A DNA stretch of 64,000 nucleotides from a virus (taxonomy: Duplodnaviria > Caudoviricetes), in the IMG/VR virus record IMGVR_UViG_3300010362_000012, positions 20,425 through 84,424 of that record, one strand, 5' to 3'. Made by a program: the position numbers and the translations under genes. Positions 1-10,568 of this stretch are shown here, piece after piece (positions within the stretch are counted from its first letter, which is position 1; every line of letters starts with the position of its first letter). Under the pieces are notes generated by a model. It was not told the origin of the DNA, did not search any database, and worked only from the letters and a program-made list of their open reading frames with translations.

Positions 1-837
1 GACGCCGCCGCTGATCGTGCCGTTCGCGCCGGCGATCGAATCCACGGCACTCGTCCCACTGGTTTCTTGCAGCCGCCAATAGGCACTCGCGCCGTCGGCG
101 ATCACTTGCTTGGTGTAGCCGATTGGAGGCCCAGCCGCCGCGTGGGCGGACACTTGCGTCGCCGTCAGTGCGACCGGATAAAACGCGACATCATCGACGC
201 TCCCGATAAAATTATTCGGGGATGCGCCGCCAGCGGAGTACGATCCGATCGCGAGCGCCGTAGATGGCGTGCAATCCAAACCCGCCGTCCCGACATCGCT
301 TTGATTGTCGAGGACGCCATCGACGAACACGCGCACGCGATCATGCACGCCGTCATAGAGACGTTCCATCACGCCGATGACGTGCCGCCACGCGCCATTG
401 TTCAGGGTGTTCACATTGCCCGTGATGCTGCCTGACGTGACGCCATTTGAGAGCCGGAACGTAATTCGATGGGTAGCGTCCAGAGACAACGCGAACCCCG
501 CATTGGCGGATCCGGCGGTTTTGGTGTCAACGAAAAATTGCCCACCGCCAGCCGCTGAGTCCGTCGTTTTGATCCAACACTCGATGGAGAACCCTATCGC
601 CGCCGGGATCGGATAACTCAGCATCCCTGGCACGTTGACGTAATGCCCCGTGGCCCCGTCAAACGCCATCGCTTTATTGCCATCCTCGATGGCACCGACT
701 TGATTCAGCGTCACGCCGGCCGCAATCGTGCCGTTGCGACTGCCGATGCTGTCAGCCGCTGTCGTCCCAGACAGTTCCCCTAACCGCCAGTAAGCGACAG
801 CTCCATCGGCCGCAACAAGATCGGAGTACCGGCCCAT
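1..837 (-). CDS. LamG-domain virion protein, 5' part (mirror of 42740-44185, truncated by window edge)
   Basis: Mirror copy. Confidence 0.8.
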   Translation of the reverse strand, partial: MGRYSDLVAADGAVAYWRLGELSGTTAADSIGSRNGTIAAGVTLNQVGAIEDGNKAMAFDGATGHYVNVPGMLSYPIPAAIGFSIECWIKTTDSAAGGGQFFVDTKTAGSANAGFALSLDATHRITFRLSNGVTSGSITGNVNTLNNGAWRHVIGVMERLYDGVHDRVRVFVDGVLDNQSDVGTAGLDCTPSTALAIGSYSAGGASPNNFIGSVDDVAFYPVALTATQVSAHAAAGPPIGYTKQVIADGASAYWRLQETSGTSAVDSIAGANGTISGGV

Positions 838-874
838 CGTTTGCTATTCGCCTTGCATGTCCCGTACGCGGGCG

Positions 875-964
875 ATGAAGAAACACCAGAGCTTGATCGT
901 GATCGCGCTGATCTGTTTCGCCGTGGTGTTGCTCGTCCTGATCGTTTTTGTCCGACTCCAGTAA
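875..964 (+). CDS. 29-aa single-TM peptide (mirror of 42613-42702)
   Basis: MKKHQSLIVIALICFAVVLLVLIVFVRLQ. Confidence 0.5.
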   Translation: MKKHQSLIVIALICFAVVLLVLIVFVRLQ

Positions 965-971
965 GTCTTCT

Positions 972-1508
972 TTAGCTCTCGAGCGCGTACGTTAGCGCGA
1001 TGTCGATCGCCGTCGCCGTGGTGAAGCTGCTGCCCGTCTTCCCGATCGTGATCGCGGTGTTCGCATCGTTCTGCACAAACGAGGCGCCGTCGGCGAGGAC
1101 CGTGACGCCGGTTGAGCCAGGGCGCAGGACGGTTGACTGTGTCAGGTTCGCCTGCGCGAAGGTGACGAGCTTGACGCTCGCGCTGCTCTGCGTACCGAGA
1201 ATATCGACGGTCGTGCCCGCCGCGGCGGCACCACCGACCGCGATGGCCTGCACGTCGATCAATCGATACTTGCGGCCGGCGACGGCCGGCAGCAGCGTCA
1301 GGCCGGCGTTGACGTCGGCGATCGCGACGCGCGTACGGAGACTCCGCACTTGCGTCGCGGGGCTGCCGCTCGAACCCGACGTGCCGGTGCCGACGACGAG
1401 CTCGTTGGTCAGGCCATCGACGTACACGCCGTTCGCGTTCGGCGTGTTCGCGAAATCCGGCGGCGCCCCACCCGTCGCCGGCCCGCGCTCAATCCAGTGT
1501 TGCGGCAT
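972..1508 (-). CDS. Putative virion/capsid decoration protein (mirror of 42069-42605)
   Basis: Mirror copy. Confidence 0.55.
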   Translation of the reverse strand: MPQHWIERGPATGGAPPDFANTPNANGVYVDGLTNELVVGTGTSGSSGSPATQVRSLRTRVAIADVNAGLTLLPAVAGRKYRLIDVQAIAVGGAAAAGTTVDILGTQSSASVKLVTFAQANLTQSTVLRPGSTGVTVLADGASFVQNDANTAITIGKTGSSFTTATAIDIALTYALES

Positions 1509-1518
1509 GGAATCCTCC

Positions 1519-2100
1519 CTACGGCGCGGTGATCGCGAAGCCGTCGCCACCGTCCGCCGCCGCCGAAATCGTGAACGTATCGGCGAGCGTGACGAGCGCG
1601 AACCGCAGACCGTTCGCGACGGCGAGGCCGTTCGGGTTCACGTACAAGCCCTCGTAGAGCGTGCCGGGGTTGCCGCTCGACACGGCGCCAAGCGGAATCA
1701 CGAGACGGCTCGCGGCGGTCATGCCCGAGAGCGCGCCGTCCGTGCCGTCGTCGAAAAATTTCAAATAGCTGGCTGTCGAGGATCCGGCGACGTTCGTCTT
1801 GCGGATGTAGACACCATACAGCCGCGTCGCGATCAGGCCGTAGAGGCCGCCGGTGGACGCCGTGATCAGCCCGCTGGTCGAGTTGACGAGCGGCGTGAAG
1901 CGCGCCTGCGGCGCCTGGAGGTGCTGCGCCATCCATCGCCGCAAGCCATCGAAGGCCCGCTGCGCGCCGGGCGTCGCGCCGGCAAGCGCCATGTCCACGC
2001 GTTGCCAGATGGCGGACTCCGCTTCGATGGCGGCCGCCGCCGCCTGGTTCGCCCACAGATAGCCGTCGGGCGACTGCGTAAATTGCTTCGTCCAGTTCAT
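1519..2100 (-). CDS. Hypothetical virion protein (mirror of 41477-42058)
   Basis: Mirror copy. Confidence 0.65.
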   Translation of the reverse strand: MNWTKQFTQSPDGYLWANQAAAAAIEAESAIWQRVDMALAGATPGAQRAFDGLRRWMAQHLQAPQARFTPLVNSTSGLITASTGGLYGLIATRLYGVYIRKTNVAGSSTASYLKFFDDGTDGALSGMTAASRLVIPLGAVSSGNPGTLYEGLYVNPNGLAVANGLRFALVTLADTFTISAAADGGDGFAITAP

Positions 2101-2378
2101 CGGCCGTCTCCTCGTGATTGAGTTTTCCGACGCAGCGCCGCGATCGATCCGTTCGGGGACGGCGGCAGCTCGATGTCTTCCCGCTTCCTTGGGAGCAGCG
2201 ATTGCAATTTCAAGCCGACGCCGGCGAGCTTGTCGATCAGTCCCGGTTGCTGCGCGTACCAGTTCTGCAGCCAGTCCATCGTGGCCGCATCCTTGTCGGG
2301 CGGCGCCGGCGCCGGCATGCGCGACTCGCCCGACCAGAAGACATTGGGCGTAAACGGCCGGCGCGGGTCGTCGGGCAT
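2097..2378 (-). CDS. Hypothetical protein (mirror of 41199-41480)
   Basis: Mirror copy. Confidence 0.55.
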   Translation of the reverse strand: MPDDPRRPFTPNVFWSGESRMPAPAPPDKDAATMDWLQNWYAQQPGLIDKLAGVGLKLQSLLPRKREDIELPPSPNGSIAALRRKTQSRGDGR

Positions 2379-2707
2379 CAGTCCTTCTCGGTCACGGTGA
2401 ACGTCGCCGCACCCCGGCGGCCATCGGTCGTCGTCACCACGAGCTCGCCGCTCGTCGCGCCGTACGGCACGAGCGTCTGGATCACCAGCGGCGTCCAGAG
2501 CACGACGGGTGCCGGCACTTCATTGAGAAACAGCGTGCCCGGTTGATCGCCGAAGTCGGTGCCGGTGATCACAATCGCCGTGTGCTCCGGTCCACTGCTG
2601 GGATCAAGCGTGAACGCAAGCGTGGTCGGGTCGGCGATGGACATCCGCATCGAGGTCGGCACCGCTACATCATTCGGTTCGTCGTCGTGCTCGACTCGTT
2701 TCGTCAT
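2378..2707 (-). CDS. IPT/TIG domain protein (mirror of 40870-41199)
   Basis: Mirror copy. Confidence 0.7.
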   Translation of the reverse strand: MTKRVEHDDEPNDVAVPTSMRMSIADPTTLAFTLDPSSGPEHTAIVITGTDFGDQPGTLFLNEVPAPVVLWTPLVIQTLVPYGATSGELVVTTTDGRRGAATFTVTEKD

Positions 2708-3276
2708 GCGCTTGGCTCCGTGGGGGGCGGCAGGTCGCTGGGTCTTCCGGCGTTGAGGACTCGCTCGCCTGTTCGGGCCTGAAGACTTCGCCACGCGTCA
2801 CCTGTTGCGTGATAGACGTCGTCGCGCACCTCGCGATCGATTCCGCGGCGCTCGGCGGCATCGCGTTCATCCAGCATCTCGCCGTATTTCGATCCGCCTT
2901 CGAACATCGCCTTCTTGACGCGATCCTCCGTGAGCGGCCCGCCTTCGACCGCCCAGGTATCCCGCGCCGCGAGCTCGCCGACGACGTAGGTGAGAAAGCC
3001 TTCGCTCCAGCCGTCGGTACTGGCGATCCACGTCACCGGCACCAGGTCATGCTTGACGAACATGGCCGTGTCGTTCTGGTCGTCGATGATCGCCTCACCC
3101 GTCAGGCCTTTGCTGTAGCGTTTCACCCGCGCCAACCACCAGACGGGTTTTTTGCGACCGGGCAGCATCCGCAAATCCGCATCGAAGGCCCACAATCCCT
3201 GCTGCCACCAGAGCGGTGGCGGCTCGAGGTTGAAGGGATTCAGATCCCGCACGTAGATCGCGCCCAGCTCGATCAT
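2704..3276 (-). CDS. Hypothetical head-module protein (mirror of 40301-40873)
   Basis: Mirror copy. Confidence 0.65.
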   Translation of the reverse strand: MIELGAIYVRDLNPFNLEPPPLWWQQGLWAFDADLRMLPGRKKPVWWLARVKRYSKGLTGEAIIDDQNDTAMFVKHDLVPVTWIASTDGWSEGFLTYVVGELAARDTWAVEGGPLTEDRVKKAMFEGGSKYGEMLDERDAAERRGIDREVRDDVYHATGDAWRSLQARTGERVLNAGRPSDLPPPTEPSA

Positions 3277-3671
3277 CGGCGTTCGGCGTCGTCCTGCAGG
3301 TTGACCGTCTCCACGCCCTGGCGCGCATCGAAGTGCGTCGGGCCGCCCGCGTTCATGCCCTTCACCTTGCGGCCGACGCCCAGTACCTTGGTGCGATCGA
3401 TCCGTTCGCCGGCGTTGCTCTGCTCGAGCGGCGAGCAGTCGCCGAAGGGATCGCGCGCGCCTTTGATGCCGAACAGCGACGTGAAGAGATTCGGGTCGCC
3501 GAGCGGATCCTCTGAGCCGAGCAGCGGGTTCTGCTTGACTGCCGCAACGGCGATCGCGGTCGGCACGTTCGGCGTCTCGCCGGGTTCGAAGTGGTAGTGC
3601 GTGCCGTCCCACTGCGCCGACAGCATCTTCGTGGTGCGGTTGACGAGCAGGACGGTATCCCCGAATTGCAT
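3273..3671 (-). CDS. Hypothetical head-module protein (mirror of 39906-40304)
   Basis: Mirror copy. Confidence 0.65.
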   Translation of the reverse strand: MQFGDTVLLVNRTTKMLSAQWDGTHYHFEPGETPNVPTAIAVAAVKQNPLLGSEDPLGDPNLFTSLFGIKGARDPFGDCSPLEQSNAGERIDRTKVLGVGRKVKGMNAGGPTHFDARQGVETVNLQDDAERR

Positions 3672-3683
3672 GAGCAGTTCCCT

Positions 3684-4217
3684 CTATGAACAGGCGACGG
3701 TGGCGCCGGGCACAGCCCCATTCGTCGTCGCCGGCGTGAACGTACAGCCGACGCTCAGCACGCGTGTGCCTGGCGGTTGTTCCACGGTGATCGTCGCGCT
3801 GGTGAACGACAGGTCGGTGATGGCTTCCGTCCAATTGGGGTTGGCGCAATCGGGCGCGCCGGGAATGATCGCCACGGGCGCAATGGTCACCACATCGAAT
3901 GGCGTCGTCCCGTTTTTGATCGCCTCCTCCGGAATCGCCTGACTGCCAGAGACGCTGATCGGCGCGGGGTTCTGCCCCGGTGCCGCATTGCCGCCCTGGT
4001 TGGTGCAGGTTGCCGTGACGTTGGCCGTGGCGGCCAGCGTGACGAGGACATCCCCGTTGCCTAACCCCGCGAGCGATGCCGCGGCTTCCAAGGCCAGTCC
4101 GAGATCATTGAAGCTGGGTTGCGCGTTCGCGCCGCCTTTCAGATGCACGCTGTTCGCGAGCAGGGTCACGCCCAGCAGGATCAACGCGAGACTCAGTCCG
4201 ATTCGTCGCATGGTCAT
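3684..4217 (-). CDS. Secreted protein with signal peptide (mirror of 39360-39893)
   Basis: Mirror copy. Confidence 0.7.
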   Translation of the reverse strand: MTMRRIGLSLALILLGVTLLANSVHLKGGANAQPSFNDLGLALEAAASLAGLGNGDVLVTLAATANVTATCTNQGGNAAPGQNPAPISVSGSQAIPEEAIKNGTTPFDVVTIAPVAIIPGAPDCANPNWTEAITDLSFTSATITVEQPPGTRVLSVGCTFTPATTNGAVPGATVACS

Positions 4218-4249
4218 GCTCTCCTCGTCAGTCGTCGAATCTCGATTCG

Positions 4250-5575
4250 CTATTCACCACGCACGACAACGAACGTCATGCCAGTTAGGCCGTCGAGCCG
4301 CGCGCACTTGCCAGGATTGCGGCAAAACAGGTTGTAGCGCTTGTAATACCACGCCTCCCAACTGTGGCGCGCTGCCACGCCGGTTCCATCTCGGACGAGG
4401 ATCTCGCCGCTGGTGCCGCTCACCCACTTGCCTTTCTCGCTGGTGTACCTCACGAAGTCGCCGCCGGTCGTGTCCACGAGGAACATGCTTCGCAGCGGCA
4501 GGGTGCGGATCGCTTTGTACGCGACGGACCCCATCGTCAGGTCTTCCTGCTGGAACGCGCGCGTGCCGCCGTCGGGATTCATGCGGCTCGATTGATCGGC
4601 GTAGCGGCGATCGGCCTGGGTCAGCAGGATGTAGACGCGACGCACCGAGTGATGCGACCAGATCGCATTGACCTCGCCGTCGAGTCGCTGGTTGACGATG
4701 TCGCTCACGCGCTGCAGCAGATCGAACGACAACGCGCCGGTCGAGGCCGAGACGTAGGACGTGTAGTTCGGGTAGAGCGCGCGATCGACGCCGAAATAGT
4801 TCTGTCGGTAGGTCCCGTCATCGATGAGCGCGGTGATGCCCCAGGGCGCTTTCTCGTACGCGGTATCGAGCGCATCGGTGACGGACGTGTTCGCCGCCTG
4901 CACCACGTAGTCGCCCGTCGTCCAGCTCGGCGCGGCCGACACCGTCACGTCGGTGCCGTCGCTGTTGACTGCCGTGACTTTCGGCGTATTCGTGCGGATG
5001 ACACCGTTTGCGGGATTGATCGCAGCGAGCGTCATGCCGCGCTTGATGAAGCGATTGCCGAACGCGCTCGTGATCGCGACGCCGGTCGAGGAGACGTTGC
5101 CGGGGGAATTGAGCTCGAGCGTCGTGCCCGATGTGGTAGCATCGACAATCGCGAAGACGCCCCGCCCATCACTCCCCAGGTAAAATTCTTCTCGATAGGC
5201 GATGTCATCGATGAGACGCTCCATGTTCTCCGAGCGTGTCGATCGATACGCGCCCTCGCGTGACTGCGTGTCATCGAGTTGTTCCTGCGTGACACGCCAC
5301 CGCGCCATGATCTTGCGCTGCGTGATGAACCCGGTGATGTACTTCTGATTGTCGGCGACCGGGATCGCGCTATCGGAGCCGACGGCCATCGGGGAGTTGT
5401 TTCTCTCGACGTGCGCGCTCCACTCTTTTCCGCGCCCGCCGTCCCAGGGGGAATCTTTGGGTTTGAATGCGTCGCGGAGCTGAAACTTTTTCAGCACGCC
5501 TTCGGCGATGACATCCTCGTAGGTCGTTTTGAGGAGGCCGTCCTCTGTCGCAGCATCTGATCCGGGTCCAGCCAT
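4250..5575 (-). CDS. Major capsid protein (mirror of 38002-39327)
   Basis: Mirror copy. Confidence 0.8.
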   Translation of the reverse strand: MAGPGSDAATEDGLLKTTYEDVIAEGVLKKFQLRDAFKPKDSPWDGGRGKEWSAHVERNNSPMAVGSDSAIPVADNQKYITGFITQRKIMARWRVTQEQLDDTQSREGAYRSTRSENMERLIDDIAYREEFYLGSDGRGVFAIVDATTSGTTLELNSPGNVSSTGVAITSAFGNRFIKRGMTLAAINPANGVIRTNTPKVTAVNSDGTDVTVSAAPSWTTGDYVVQAANTSVTDALDTAYEKAPWGITALIDDGTYRQNYFGVDRALYPNYTSYVSASTGALSFDLLQRVSDIVNQRLDGEVNAIWSHHSVRRVYILLTQADRRYADQSSRMNPDGGTRAFQQEDLTMGSVAYKAIRTLPLRSMFLVDTTGGDFVRYTSEKGKWVSGTSGEILVRDGTGVAARHSWEAWYYKRYNLFCRNPGKCARLDGLTGMTFVVVRGE

Positions 5576-5619
5576 GATGCATCCTCACTCAGCCCATTGA
5601 CGCGCGCGAGAACCGGGGA

Positions 5620-6504
5620 TCAGCGCCCGAGTGCTTCGGCTTCCTTCTCAGCGTGCTCGAGCATCTGCTGCACGGTCATGTTGCTGTAATCCGGTTTGCC
5701 TTTTTGCGTGACCACCGGCGCGGCCGGCCCGCTGCGCGGCACGGGGCGCCGCAGCATCGGGATGGTGGCCTGGCGCCGCGCGGGTTCGAGCATGTCGGTG
5801 ACGTACTCCTTCACGAAGTCGTCGATCAGCGTCTCGTCGTTGGCCTCGTAGCGTCGCGCGAACGCCGCGTGTCCCTGCGGGTCCGTGCGCTCGTCGGGAA
5901 TGAGGGCGCCGAACGCCGCGCGCAATTTGCCCTGTTGGCCGGGCGTCAACGCGTCCACACCGATCTCGGTGGCGAAGGCCTCGTCGAGACGGTCGAGGAA
6001 CCGATCGGTGTGGGCATTCCAGACGTGATCGCGGGCCGCGGTGATCGAGCTTCCGTCCTGGACCAACGCCGCGACGCTCCGAATCAATTCCGGCGTGACG
6101 TAGCGCAAGTGCGCGAACTGCGGCAGGCTGTAGAACGCGTTGGCGATCTGCTCCGCTTCCGCCTGTTTCGGATCCGACGGAGCCACGCCGGCGAGGGCGG
6201 CGATGCGGCGGTTCTGTTCGGCGATGTAGCCGCGCGCGCGCTCGAGCTCGCTCGCCGTGCGATTGACCGCCGCTTCCGCGCGCCGGTAGCGATCGGGATC
6301 GATCCAGGCCGAGCGATCTTCCTTGTAGGTGAACGTCTTCTCGCCGCCGGCCGCCGCCGCGCCGTCGGCCGCTACAGGAGCCTGGGCCGGGGCTGCCGCC
6401 CCATCACCGCCAGGGGGGCTGACAGTGCTCCCAGTGGCGCCACCGCCGGCGCCAGACTCCGCAGCAAAGTACACAGTCGGGCTGTCCCAATGAGTGAGTG
6501 TCAT
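5620..6504 (-). CDS. Capsid scaffolding protein (mirror of 37073-37957)
   Basis: Mirror copy. Confidence 0.7.
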   Translation of the reverse strand: MTLTHWDSPTVYFAAESGAGGGATGSTVSPPGGDGAAAPAQAPVAADGAAAAGGEKTFTYKEDRSAWIDPDRYRRAEAAVNRTASELERARGYIAEQNRRIAALAGVAPSDPKQAEAEQIANAFYSLPQFAHLRYVTPELIRSVAALVQDGSSITAARDHVWNAHTDRFLDRLDEAFATEIGVDALTPGQQGKLRAAFGALIPDERTDPQGHAAFARRYEANDETLIDDFVKEYVTDMLEPARRQATIPMLRRPVPRSGPAAPVVTQKGKPDYSNMTVQQMLEHAEKEAEALGR

Positions 6505-6526
6505 GACGCCGTGCCTTTCCCGAACA

Positions 6527-6681
6527 GGTGTTACGCGGGATTGCGTATTACACGATCGCGGTTTGGGTCGTACGCGTGAGGTCGGGTCTTACGCGAGTGT
6601 GCGACCGGAGGGAGGTCGCAGCGGTTTGTTACACGAGGTCGTACGCGGTGGACTATACACCCGAGTTTTGGGCCATGCCAA
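6527..6681 (-). promoter_or_regulatory. Promoter plus six-copy CGYGTA motif leader (mirror of 36896-37050)
   Basis: Mirror copy. Confidence 0.55.
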
Positions 6682-6687
6682 GCCTGC

Positions 6688-6924
6688 TCATCCGGTGCCG
6701 GTGGGGTTGATGGCCTCAAGGTACCGCTGGCGCTCTTCCTGGCCGGTGACCTGGAGCACCCGCGGCGGCAAACTGTTGAGTTGGGTCTGCCAGTACGCCT
6801 GATCGTCCGGCGTCGTGGCGGCATCCAGCTTCGCATGCAGCGCGTTGTAGGTCGCGCGCTCGGTCGGCGACAACGTCGGGCCTGATCGGGTCGCGCGCAT
6901 CAACGCCGCGAGCGCATCCCGCAT
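6688..6924 (-). CDS. Hypothetical protein (mirror of 36653-36889)
   Basis: Mirror copy. Confidence 0.55.
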   Translation of the reverse strand: MRDALAALMRATRSGPTLSPTERATYNALHAKLDAATTPDDQAYWQTQLNSLPPRVLQVTGQEERQRYLEAINPTGTG

Positions 6925-9345
6925 CTACGTCCCCGGTCCCGCGCCGACGGCCGGCATGGCCGGCTGCGCCTGGTTGCCGATCGGCGCCGTATTCTGATTG
7001 CTGTTCGCCATCGCCAGGCCGGCGCCTTGCGGCGGGCCGCCCGGTTCGCCGGGCGCGGTGCGCGACGCCGGCGGCGGAATGTCCGCGGCGGCGAGGAAGG
7101 CCTGACGCACAGCCGGATCGGCGGCCATGTCCTCGCTGCCGAAGCTGTAGGAGATCTTCGGTTTCTCTGGCGGCGGCGTCGTGGCGTTGCCGATCTTCTG
7201 ATCCATCTCGCCGAGATATTTCGCCACGAAGTACCGCGCCTTCGGAATCATCTTGAACAACTCGATGGCCTCGTCGCTGACCGCCCACTTGACGAGCTCG
7301 ATGCGGTGGATGGGGACCTCGTACCACGGCTGCAAGACAAACGGGTAGGTCGGATCCGTGCTTGGATCCGGTGGCGGAGGCGGAATCCCTCCCTCCGCCC
7401 CCGCCGCCGGAGGTGCAGCCTGCGGAACGTACGTCAACGCAGCAGGCGTGCGAATCCAGTTCATGAACAGTTCCTGATTCTGTAGCGCCGCCTGATGCTG
7501 ATTGTCGGTCGCCGGAATCAGATCGGTCTGTCCGAGTTTCTGGTAGACCGCGTATTGCGTATCGGGATTGTTGATATCGACGCCGCCGAGTTGTTTGAGA
7601 TGCTCGATCGACGCGCGCTCGGCGAGCTGAGTTTTCGGCTTGGTGCTGCCGTCCGCCACTTCGAACGTGACCTCGCCGTCGAGATCCGCACGCTGGAAGG
7701 TCTGGAAGTTATACCCGCGGCCGGGCGTGATCACCGACTGCACGCGTTTCTCAGGACCGAATTCGCGTTCGATTTCAATCTGCGAGCGCGTCAGATCGCG
7801 GAACGCGAGCGCGCGCGATTTGAACGCCCCGGCGAAGCGCGCTTCGCCCGCCTCGACGAGCAACTGCATCGCGGAGAACGCTTCGACGTTCGGCGGTTTG
7901 CGTCCGCGCAGCACGTCGTTCGTGCCGAGCGCCGCGTCAATCTCCTCGCTGATCTGCAGCCGGAGCTGCACCCACGACCGCGGCGGATCCTGGCCGGGCC
8001 ACTGTTCCGGTTTGCCGCCGCCCGGCGCCGGCGCGTATTCGGCGATGAGGCCCGGCATGGCCGGCGAATCGCCGAGCCACTGGATGTCCTGGCCTTTGGG
8101 TTTCAAGATCTGCGGAATCGCCATCCGCGTCATCATCATCTCGACGATCGAGTCGAGGCGATTCAGCTGATCGAACTTCCCCATCGCGGGATCGAGCGCG
8201 CCGGTGCCGAGCACGCGCCCGCCGACGTGTTCGTACGCTGCGTGGTGAAACGTCCAGAGCGGATTACCGTTCGCTTCGTGATACGGCAGTGGGCCGGGCA
8301 AGCCCTCCGTCTCCTCGAGATGGAGCACGACGGGCGTGCTGTCGCCGGCGACGCGCATCACGAACCCGTCGGGCCGCATCGGCGTCGGGCGTTCCCAGAG
8401 CTCGTATTCGGCGACGCCTTCTTCGTCGCCGCTGCCCGCGGCCGTGCCGAGCAGGTTCGGACTGAGCTCGGTCTGGAACGGCAGCGACTGGAAAATCTGC
8501 AGCGACCGCTCGGTCGAGGTTTTCGCGAACGTGATGCGCTTCACGTACGGCTCGAGCGCCGGCTGCGATTCATAGTAGGCCTTCGTGCGCCAGCGCATCC
8601 GGATCAGCCGATCGACGAGGCTCCAGCGTGGCCGCATGAAGGGGAACGCGACCTCGAGCGGCGAGAGCGCGGTGGTGACGGTGTGGCCGTTGGCGCGCAC
8701 GTCCATCCGCGGCCGCCCGTCGGGACCGACCGCGCGCACAAACGGGCCGGGTTTGCCGCACATCGGACATTTCTGCCCGGCTTTCGCGATCACGTCGCTC
8801 GTCACTTCGTAGCCGCACGAGAGACAGCGTTCGAACGGCACTTGGAGGTACGTCCCGTCATCGTCGTAGCTGACGTGATAAATCACATTGCCCGTGACGA
8901 TGAACCAGTAATCGCCTTCGTGCAGCACCTGGTCCATGTCGTTGGCGATATACAACACCGGCGCGAGTTTGTCGGCGGTCGTCGCCGTCGTCATCGACTG
9001 GACGTCGTTCTTCAACGGCCGCACGTCCACGCCCAACGTCGCCGCCGTGAACATCGCGCGGATTGCCTGCAGGCCTTCTTTCGGCTTGCTCGTCACCGGC
9101 CGCGGCACGCCCTTCGCGACGCGGCTGTCCATCCAACCGCCGTTGCGGTCGTAGACGCCGAGCCACTGGCGCATGTTGCAGTAGTGAATCGCGCGCGTCC
9201 ACACGCGTTCATAGCGCCAGCGGTCGGCGAAACATTCGCGTTTGGCTTTGTCGAAGTGCTCGAGCAGCGGCCTGTCGGGATCCCCGGCGCCGCCGGGTGT
9301 CACGACGGCGGGAGCACGACCAAACGTCCCTGACGCGACCGCCAT
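6925..9345 (-). CDS. Portal protein (mirror of 34232-36652)
   Basis: Mirror copy. Confidence 0.8.
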   Translation of the reverse strand: MAVASGTFGRAPAVVTPGGAGDPDRPLLEHFDKAKRECFADRWRYERVWTRAIHYCNMRQWLGVYDRNGGWMDSRVAKGVPRPVTSKPKEGLQAIRAMFTAATLGVDVRPLKNDVQSMTTATTADKLAPVLYIANDMDQVLHEGDYWFIVTGNVIYHVSYDDDGTYLQVPFERCLSCGYEVTSDVIAKAGQKCPMCGKPGPFVRAVGPDGRPRMDVRANGHTVTTALSPLEVAFPFMRPRWSLVDRLIRMRWRTKAYYESQPALEPYVKRITFAKTSTERSLQIFQSLPFQTELSPNLLGTAAGSGDEEGVAEYELWERPTPMRPDGFVMRVAGDSTPVVLHLEETEGLPGPLPYHEANGNPLWTFHHAAYEHVGGRVLGTGALDPAMGKFDQLNRLDSIVEMMMTRMAIPQILKPKGQDIQWLGDSPAMPGLIAEYAPAPGGGKPEQWPGQDPPRSWVQLRLQISEEIDAALGTNDVLRGRKPPNVEAFSAMQLLVEAGEARFAGAFKSRALAFRDLTRSQIEIEREFGPEKRVQSVITPGRGYNFQTFQRADLDGEVTFEVADGSTKPKTQLAERASIEHLKQLGGVDINNPDTQYAVYQKLGQTDLIPATDNQHQAALQNQELFMNWIRTPAALTYVPQAAPPAAGAEGGIPPPPPDPSTDPTYPFVLQPWYEVPIHRIELVKWAVSDEAIELFKMIPKARYFVAKYLGEMDQKIGNATTPPPEKPKISYSFGSEDMAADPAVRQAFLAAADIPPPASRTAPGEPGGPPQGAGLAMANSNQNTAPIGNQAQPAMPAVGAGPGT

Positions 9346-9346
9346 A

Positions 9347-9697
9347 TCACCTCGCCGGCGCCGGGAGTCGTCCGTAATTCACCGTCCCATCCGGATGCCA
9401 GCCGGCGGGCGCGTGCGCGGGGTTGTCTTCGAAAATCCCCATCGCGGAGATCTGCTCGAGCAGATCGCTCGCGCTACTCGCGGGCGTCGCGGCCGGCGTC
9501 ACCTGGAGGGTCGGGACCGGGATGTCGATGTTCAGAATCTGCTTCAGCAGCAGCGCGCGTTCCGTCTCGAGCTGATTGACGCGCGCGCAGAGGAAGGCGA
9601 TGGTCGTTTGTTGCGTCTCGACGCGGCGGGTCAGTTCCTCACGGCGGGCGCGTTCAGCGGCGAGATCCTCGAGCATCTTGAGGCGAGCGCCCCACAT
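9347..9697 (-). CDS. Coiled-coil hypothetical protein (mirror of 33880-34230)
   Basis: Mirror copy. Confidence 0.65.
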   Translation of the reverse strand: MWGARLKMLEDLAAERARREELTRRVETQQTTIAFLCARVNQLETERALLLKQILNIDIPVPTLQVTPAATPASSASDLLEQISAMGIFEDNPAHAPAGWHPDGTVNYGRLPAPAR

Positions 9698-9720
9698 GCC
9701 CTCGAATCGTACACCCGACG

Positions 9721-10194
9721 TCAATTCATCCGCTTGGACGGTTGAAACACCTGCTGCGCGAAGGCACTCACGCGCATCAGTTCGCGCTGCTGATGGTCGC
9801 TCAGCGCGTCGAATTCCGCGCGAATCATCGTTCGCAGGCGCAGCAGGCCCGTCAGCGGATCGACGTCGAAGACCATCGGCAATCCGCACGCGAGGCACCC
9901 GCAGACGTCGCCCGGTCCTGGGGTGCCGACCGATCCGTCGCTCGAGCCGATCGCGTCCGACTTGTGGCCGCAGCGCGGACAGTGGAAGACGGCTACACGC
10001 GTCACGTCGGGCTCGTCATCGACCCTGATCGCCACCTGCGGCCACGTCTCGCGTACGCGCTCGATGGCCGCGCGCGTCAGTGTCTCGCGATTCTCGCGCG
10101 TGTCGGCGTATCCTGCCGCATCAAGCATCTCCTCGATGACGAGATGCATCGCGCCGGCGTCGTCCTGGTAGACACCGTCGGTGATCTTCTTCAT
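9721..10194 (-). CDS. Zn-ribbon hypothetical protein (mirror of 33383-33856)
   Basis: Mirror copy. Confidence 0.65.
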   Translation of the reverse strand: MKKITDGVYQDDAGAMHLVIEEMLDAAGYADTRENRETLTRAAIERVRETWPQVAIRVDDEPDVTRVAVFHCPRCGHKSDAIGSSDGSVGTPGPGDVCGCLACGLPMVFDVDPLTGLLRLRTMIRAEFDALSDHQQRELMRVSAFAQQVFQPSKRMN

Positions 10195-10568
10195 GGCTGC
10201 TGCTCGATCAGTTCGGCATGATCGGCCGTCGTCATGATCAGCAGCATCAGTTCTTCGATCGTGACCGTGTCGCCCTGGATCACGCGATGGAATTCCTCGA
10301 CGTAGCCCGACTTGCCGATGTAGTCGAGGATCACCGTCCGCAGCGCGGCGAAGTGCTTCGGCTTGAACTCGCCCAACATCTCGGCTGCCAGGATGAGCGG
10401 GGCAATCACGCGCGCACTGTCGTCGGTGAAGTGGACGCGCATGTCGTAGCCATCTTCGTCTGACACGCGCTCCAGTTGAATCGTGTCGCGCAACGTATCG
10501 AGCACGCGCCTAATGTGTGCCTCGAGCCGCCGCACGCGCATGTCGCGCATCGCTTCGATTTCGTTCAT
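10191..10568 (-). CDS. Hypothetical protein (mirror of 33009-33386)
   Basis: Mirror copy. Confidence 0.65.
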   Translation of the reverse strand: MNEIEAMRDMRVRRLEAHIRRVLDTLRDTIQLERVSDEDGYDMRVHFTDDSARVIAPLILAAEMLGEFKPKHFAALRTVILDYIGKSGYVEEFHRVIQGDTVTIEELMLLIMTTADHAELIEQQP